From the NCBI RefSeq assembly GCF_006345805.1, contig NW_021831696.1, positions 1 to 34,582 on the forward strand: DNA of 34,582 nt, in the 5' to 3' direction. The first letter of the stretch is position 1; each line of letters begins with the position of its first letter. Positions 33,201 through 34,582 of this stretch are shown one piece after another. A model generated the notes under the pieces. That model saw nothing but the letters and a program-made list of their open reading frames with translations, did no database searches and was not told where the DNA came from. Both the position numbers and the translations under genes were made by a program. The stretch comes from Octopus sinensis. Lineage: Eukaryota.

Positions 33201-33713
33201 CACGAGCAAGCTGTTCCGTTGATCGTATCAGCTGGGACCCTCATCATCGTAACCGATGGATTACAGAGAAAAAATTGAGCGATAACATCTAAAAGCTCCA
33301 CGAGGCTCCGGCAGGGGATGGTGGTGATCCCTGCTGTACTCTTTCACCACAAACTTTCTCTCACTCTTACTTCCTGTTTCTGTTGTACCTGTATTTCAAG
33401 GGGCCGGCCTTGTCACTCTCTGTGTCACGCTGAATATCCCCGAGAACTACGTTAAGGGTACACGTGTCTGTGGAGTGCTCAGCCACTGACATGTTAATTT
33501 CACAAGCAGGCTGTTCCGTTGATTCGGATCAACCGGAACCCTCGTCGTCGTAACCGACAGTGTGCTTCCAATACAATCCATATATAGAACACCGGAGACA
33601 TAAAAATGTTATATTTTGTGATTTCTTCAGTGGCAGCTTGTGTAGAGGCACTGAGGAACTGCAGCACCACCCCGGCCATCTCCACTCGATATTATCAAAA
33701 ACATTCAATATAA
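8858..33713 (+). CDS. Spliced gene (9 coding exons, 381 aa): type I membrane protein with signal peptide, three tandem Ig-like domains, TM helix and short cytoplasmic tail
   Basis: join(8858-8897,13082-13120,14881-15129,16461-16499,22381-22629,24342-24380,26901-27149,32352-32510,33631-33713) = 1146 nt, open from ATG to TAA. All introns are GT-AG and phase 1. Protein begins MDILQFCVFALCFCLMKARLYKIFQTENVVLNG. Seven N-x-S/T sequons lie in the predicted ectodomain. The last junction is the least certain. Confidence 0.85.
9000..9832 (+). mobile_element. Two adjacent RTE-type 3' UTR fragments
   Basis: Repeated gtgccggtggcacgtaaaaagcacc units. The first copy ends in (GAT)n at ~9450 and the second is truncated at ~9830. 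Confidence 0.7.
10013..10597 (-). mobile_element. SINE family A with duplicated head
   Basis: One tail and two heads (10262-10420 and 10438-10597). Confidence 0.85.
10812..11118 (+). pseudogene. Gypsy-like LTR retrotransposon aspartic protease fragment
   Basis: Translates LVIDSALGQTFVVPNVL...*GPVNLWIDVAGLEVMLPVYVVEMEDQCILRLDY...QLDLCSMKLSVQG. This fits retropepsin hallmarks: hydrophobic-D-S-(G>A) active site and IL(G>R)LD motif. One internal stop. Confidence 0.7.
11119..12037 (+). mobile_element. Internally deleted mariner transposon with triplicated ~229-bp 5' segment
   Basis: MEDKKLHFRHLML N-terminus is fused to QKLLQLG.DVLPHPPYSPDIAPSDFHLFKSLQNSL (mariner YSPDLAPSD motif). The right end ...cggacaacccaata|TA is present; a left TIR was not found. 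Confidence 0.88.
12045..12267 (-). mobile_element. SINE family B
   Basis: Near-identical to 1-222. Confidence 0.8.
12332..13021 (+). mobile_element. SINE family A with one head and three tandem tails; AATCCT target-site duplication
   Basis: AATCCT at 12326-12331 and 13022-13027. The paralogous empty site is at 16401-16406. Confidence 0.92.
13082..13120 (+). CDS. 39-nt micro-exon M1 ((C)LMKARLYKIFQT)
   Basis: cgtcttttacag|...ACTG|gtaaat. Its length, phase and flanking intron sequence are homologous to 16461-16499 and 24342-24380. Confidence 0.85.
13205..14242 (-). mobile_element. Tandem array of 5-6 SINE family A heads
   Basis: ~185-bp unit (cgggcttctttcagtttcc...ccacacagccactc) separated by (AT)n. 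Confidence 0.88.
14243..14782 (+). mobile_element. Tandem trimer of SINE family B body
   Basis: gccg(t/c)tacgttc(a/t)gag recurs at ~14246, ~14430 and ~14611. Confidence 0.85.
14881..15129 (+). CDS. 249-nt exon, Ig-like domain 1 (ENVVLNGNTTLHIEVP...KFDLKAN)
   Basis: tttctttatttcag| acceptor and G|gtaagg donor. Open frame with VTW, YECDNVC and SLWIRKVT motifs. 41/83 residues are identical to domain 2 by my count. Confidence 0.92.
15145..15957. repeat. (AAT)n tracts following Ig-like exon 1
   Basis: Two tracts (15145-15415 and 15727-15957). The intervening sequence is not assigned. Confidence 0.95.
16036..16228. mobile_element. (GGAGTC)n-containing MITE-like element
   Basis: The left end ctgtggagttggagtc and the right end cgactccacagccctg are inverted, with internal GGAGTC repeats. 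Confidence 0.55.
16461..16499 (+). CDS. 39-nt micro-exon M2 ((G)PTKVEAYEIIQN)
   Basis: catcttttacag|...AATG|gtaaat; paralogue of M1 and M3. Confidence 0.85.
16543..16875 (+). mobile_element. tRNA-derived SINE, family D
   Basis: A box TGGCTCAGTGG and B box GCTCGAATCCC, followed by ttgagcaagacacttt and a non-tRNA body. Confidence 0.75.
17028..17415 (+). mobile_element. tRNA-derived SINE, family C (possibly tRNA-Arg related)
   Basis: A box TGGCCCAGTGG, TCG at the anticodon-like position and a degenerate B box. Homologous copies at 20217 and 32586. Confidence 0.8.
17491..18186. mobile_element. piggyBac-like MITE with four tandem ~155-bp 5' units
   Basis: Units start ttaatcctttagcattcag at ~17491, 17654, 17807 and 17960. 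The element ends aatgctaaaggg|TTAA. Confidence 0.65.
18190..18840 (+). mobile_element. CR1-clade LINE 3' fragment (ORF2 C-terminus and 3' UTR)
   Basis: KARGILFLIRRSF...LYVTLVRPILEYGIQASSPYLLKDIQHLERVQKLAT...LDLYSLEKRRRRGDLI is a typical CR1 ORF2 C-terminus, with frameshifts and a (TAAC)-type tail. Confidence 0.88.
18965..19383 (-). mobile_element. SINE family A, full length
   Basis: Direct similarity to the other copies. Confidence 0.88.
19486..19960. mobile_element. Probable non-autonomous Tc1/mariner-superfamily (pogo/Tc2-like) remnant
   Basis: Starts TA|CCGTAAATCTTGAGTATAATCCG and has the complementary gcgtattatacacaagg motif near the end. No complete right TIR. Confidence 0.35.
20217..21365 (+). 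mobile_element. SINE family C with internal tandem amplifications; 12-bp TSD
   Basis: ATAGTAAAAGAC at 20205-20216 and 21366-21377. It is inserted in an older minus-strand family A SINE. Confidence 0.92.
21418..22330 (+). repeat. Duplicated block A: ~130-nt unassigned segment, SINE B 3' part, (TTA)n and unique end
   Basis: Collinear with 29665-30527. The SINE and TTA part is the reverse complement of 22645-23405. Confidence 0.88.
22381..22629 (+). CDS. 249-nt exon, Ig-like domain 2 (DIGDLSVSATLQVEIP...KFDLKIH)
   Basis: tttctttatttcag| acceptor and A|gtaagg donor. Gap-free alignment to domains 1 and 3. Confidence 0.92.
22645..23457 (-). repeat. Block B: (AAT)n tract plus minus-strand SINE B remnant
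   Basis: Shares diagnostic variants (tatatcaaccacagtactc, aattaattgaccccagaagg, gatgaacgg) with blocks A and C that the 1-222 copy lacks. Confidence 0.88.
23458..24212. repeat. (GGT)n-based minisatellite (GGTGGTGATGGTTTTAGT-like units)
   Basis: Visible directly; it produces the Gly-rich and Val-rich ORFs. Confidence 0.9.
24342..24380 (+). CDS. 39-nt micro-exon M3 ((S)STRTEIYKITQN)
   Basis: ttctttttcag|...AATG|gtaaat; paralogue of M1 and M2. Confidence 0.85.
24505..25467 (-). mobile_element. Three truncated CR1 3' fragments
   Basis: Reverse complements of the 3' part of 18190-18840, at ~24505-24735, 24853-25110 and 25126-25467. Confidence 0.82.
25490..25826 (+). mobile_element. RTE-type 3' fragment with long (GAT)n tail
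   Basis: Shares the 3' end catgctagcatggagaacggacgttaaacgatgatg. Confidence 0.78.
26147..26760 (+). mobile_element. SINE family A with two heads
   Basis: Heads at ~26147 and ~26344, with a single tail. Confidence 0.86.
26901..27149 (+). CDS. 249-nt exon, Ig-like domain 3 (GPVALGGSVTLHIEVA...NYSLKIK)
   Basis: tctttttatttcag| acceptor and G|gtaagt donor. GGSVTL, VGW, LLIRNVTKQD and WYFC resemble the B, C, E and F strands of a V-type Ig fold. Confidence 0.92.
27170..27620. repeat. (AAT/GAT)n tract following Ig-like exon 3
   Basis: Visible directly. It continues at 29240-29350 on the far side of the RTE insertion. Confidence 0.95.
27620..29239 (-). mobile_element. 5'-truncated RTE-clade LINE
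   Basis: Minus-strand LEVVDSFRYLG...LYDACVRTAMLHGSETW...RRLRWYGHVARM...RGRGRPRKTW is an RTE ORF C-terminus. The 3' UTR has a ~159-bp triplication and ends in (GAT)n. Confidence 0.92.
29665..30527 (+). repeat. Duplicated block C (second copy of block A)
   Basis: Runs atttctcctcgtgc ... ttactgtgcctgacgtcaaatctgcgcccattaaacct. It is not followed by an Ig-like exon. Confidence 0.88.
30650..31183 (-). mobile_element. Two tandem CR1 3' fragments
   Basis: ggctcaa...gcaaggccatgtagggggacatgg occurs at ~30669 and ~30930. Confidence 0.82.
31184..32288. mobile_element. Tandem array (~4.4 copies, ~252-bp period) of a piggyBac-like MITE plus spacer
   Basis: TTAA|CCCTTT...AAAGGG|TTAA units start at 31305, 31557, 31810 and 32061, separated by atataatagagaaacaattc. 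Confidence 0.8.
32352..32510 (+). CDS. Transmembrane exon (DQTTNGPRPR-IPVYAVVILSLLGFVVILLIICFFIY-RYNPCNMRETFVTYYTS)
   Basis: atcttttgcag| acceptor, in frame at phase 1. A 26-residue hydrophobic segment is followed by Arg. The 3' end is uncertain: weak donor T|gtatag at 32511, otherwise read-through to TAA at 32561-32563. Confidence 0.85.
32586..33570 (+). mobile_element. SINE family C with three ~300-bp internal repeats
   Basis: One tRNA-like head, then aaagctccacgaggctccggcagggg at ~32693, 32993 and 33293. Confidence 0.88.
33631..33713 (+). CDS. Probable terminal exon, cytoplasmic tail ((L)AACVEALRNCSTTPAISTRYYQKHSI*)
   Basis: ttttgtgatttcttcag| acceptor at 33630. The phase-1 frame is open to TAA at 33711-33713. 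It is a short unique-sequence island between repeats. Confidence 0.55.
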
Positions 33714-33759
33714 TGAGTCCTTTGTTTTTAATTCTTTCTTTATACTTGCACATTATAAT

Positions 33760-34582
33760 CTAAGTTAATCAAAGATAAGATTAACTTCTTTATTATCATC
33801 AAACCAATCTTGGTGTTTTTTTACAGCAAATCCAAAAAATCCAAGATTAATTTAATCTAGGATAATCTAAGAAAAGATAAACTTAATCTAAGATAATCTA
33901 AGATAAGATTAACTTCTTCATCATTATCATCAAACCAATCTTGGTGTTTTTTTTACAACAAATCCAAGAATGTTACTACAAATCTAAGATAATCTAAGTT
34001 AATCTAAGATAAGATTAACTTCTTCATCATTATCATCAAACAAATCTTGGTGTTTTTCTTTTACAACAAATCCAAGAATGTTACTACAAATCTAAGATAA
34101 TCTAAGTTAATCTAAGATAAGATTAACTTCTTCATCATTATCATCAAACCAATCTTGGTGTTTTTTTTACAACAAATCCAAGAATGTTACTACAAATCTA
34201 AGATAATCTAAGTTAATCTAAGATAAGATTAACTTCTTCATCATTATCATCAAACCAATCTTGGTGTTTTTTTTACAACAAATCCAAGAATGTACTACAA
34301 ATCTAAGATAATCTAAGGTAATCTAAGTAATCTAAGTTAAGATTAACTTCATCATCATTATCATCAAACCAATCTGGTGTTTTTTTTTACACAACAAATC
34401 CAAGAATGTTACTACAAATCTAAGATAATCTAAGTTAATCTAAGATAAGATTAACTTCTTCATCATTATCATCAAAACAATCTTGGTGTTTTTTTTACAA
34501 CAAATCCAAGAATGTTACTACAAATCTAAGATAATCTAAGTTAATCTAAGATAAGATTAACTTCTTCATCATTATCATCAAA
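33760..34582. repeat. ~107-bp tandem satellite, running off the window end
   Basis: aagataagattaacttcttcatcattatcatcaaaccaatcttggtg... repeats about 8 times. Confidence 0.92.

Noticed and set aside
33702-33713. C-terminal PDZ-binding motif (…KHSI)
   Set aside because: Position -2 is His, not Ser/Thr or a hydrophobic residue, so it does not fit class I or II.

Overview
Eukaryotic (metazoan) genomic DNA. It is very rich in (AAT)n/(AT)n/(CA)n microsatellites, tRNA-derived SINEs, RTE and CR1 LINE 3' fragments, Helitron, mariner and Gypsy remnants and MITEs. This repeat landscape resembles an octopus genome (inference, not verified). Nearly all ORFs in the supplied track are repeat artefacts. Hidden among the repeats is one coherent plus-strand spliced gene that I reconstructed by hand from GT-AG sites and reading frame. 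Its parts are a signal-peptide exon (ATG 8858-8897), three duplicated modules each made of a 39-nt exon plus a 249-nt exon (13082-13120/14881-15129, 16461-16499/22381-22629, 24342-24380/26901-27149), a transmembrane exon (32352-32510) and a probable cytoplasmic-tail exon (33631-33713). The join is 1146 nt (381 aa) with no stop or frameshift, and every intron is phase 1. The product is a type I membrane glycoprotein with three unusual Ig-like domains that lack the canonical B-strand Cys and carry a conserved YECDxxC motif. Notable extras are alternative C-termini (one creating a TxYxxL motif), locally duplicated inverted repeats that could loop out individual domain exons, and a triplicated GC-box/ETS motif cluster between divergent TATA boxes about 5 kb upstream of the ATG. 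No database search was possible, so the family identity and novelty of the gene are unverified.
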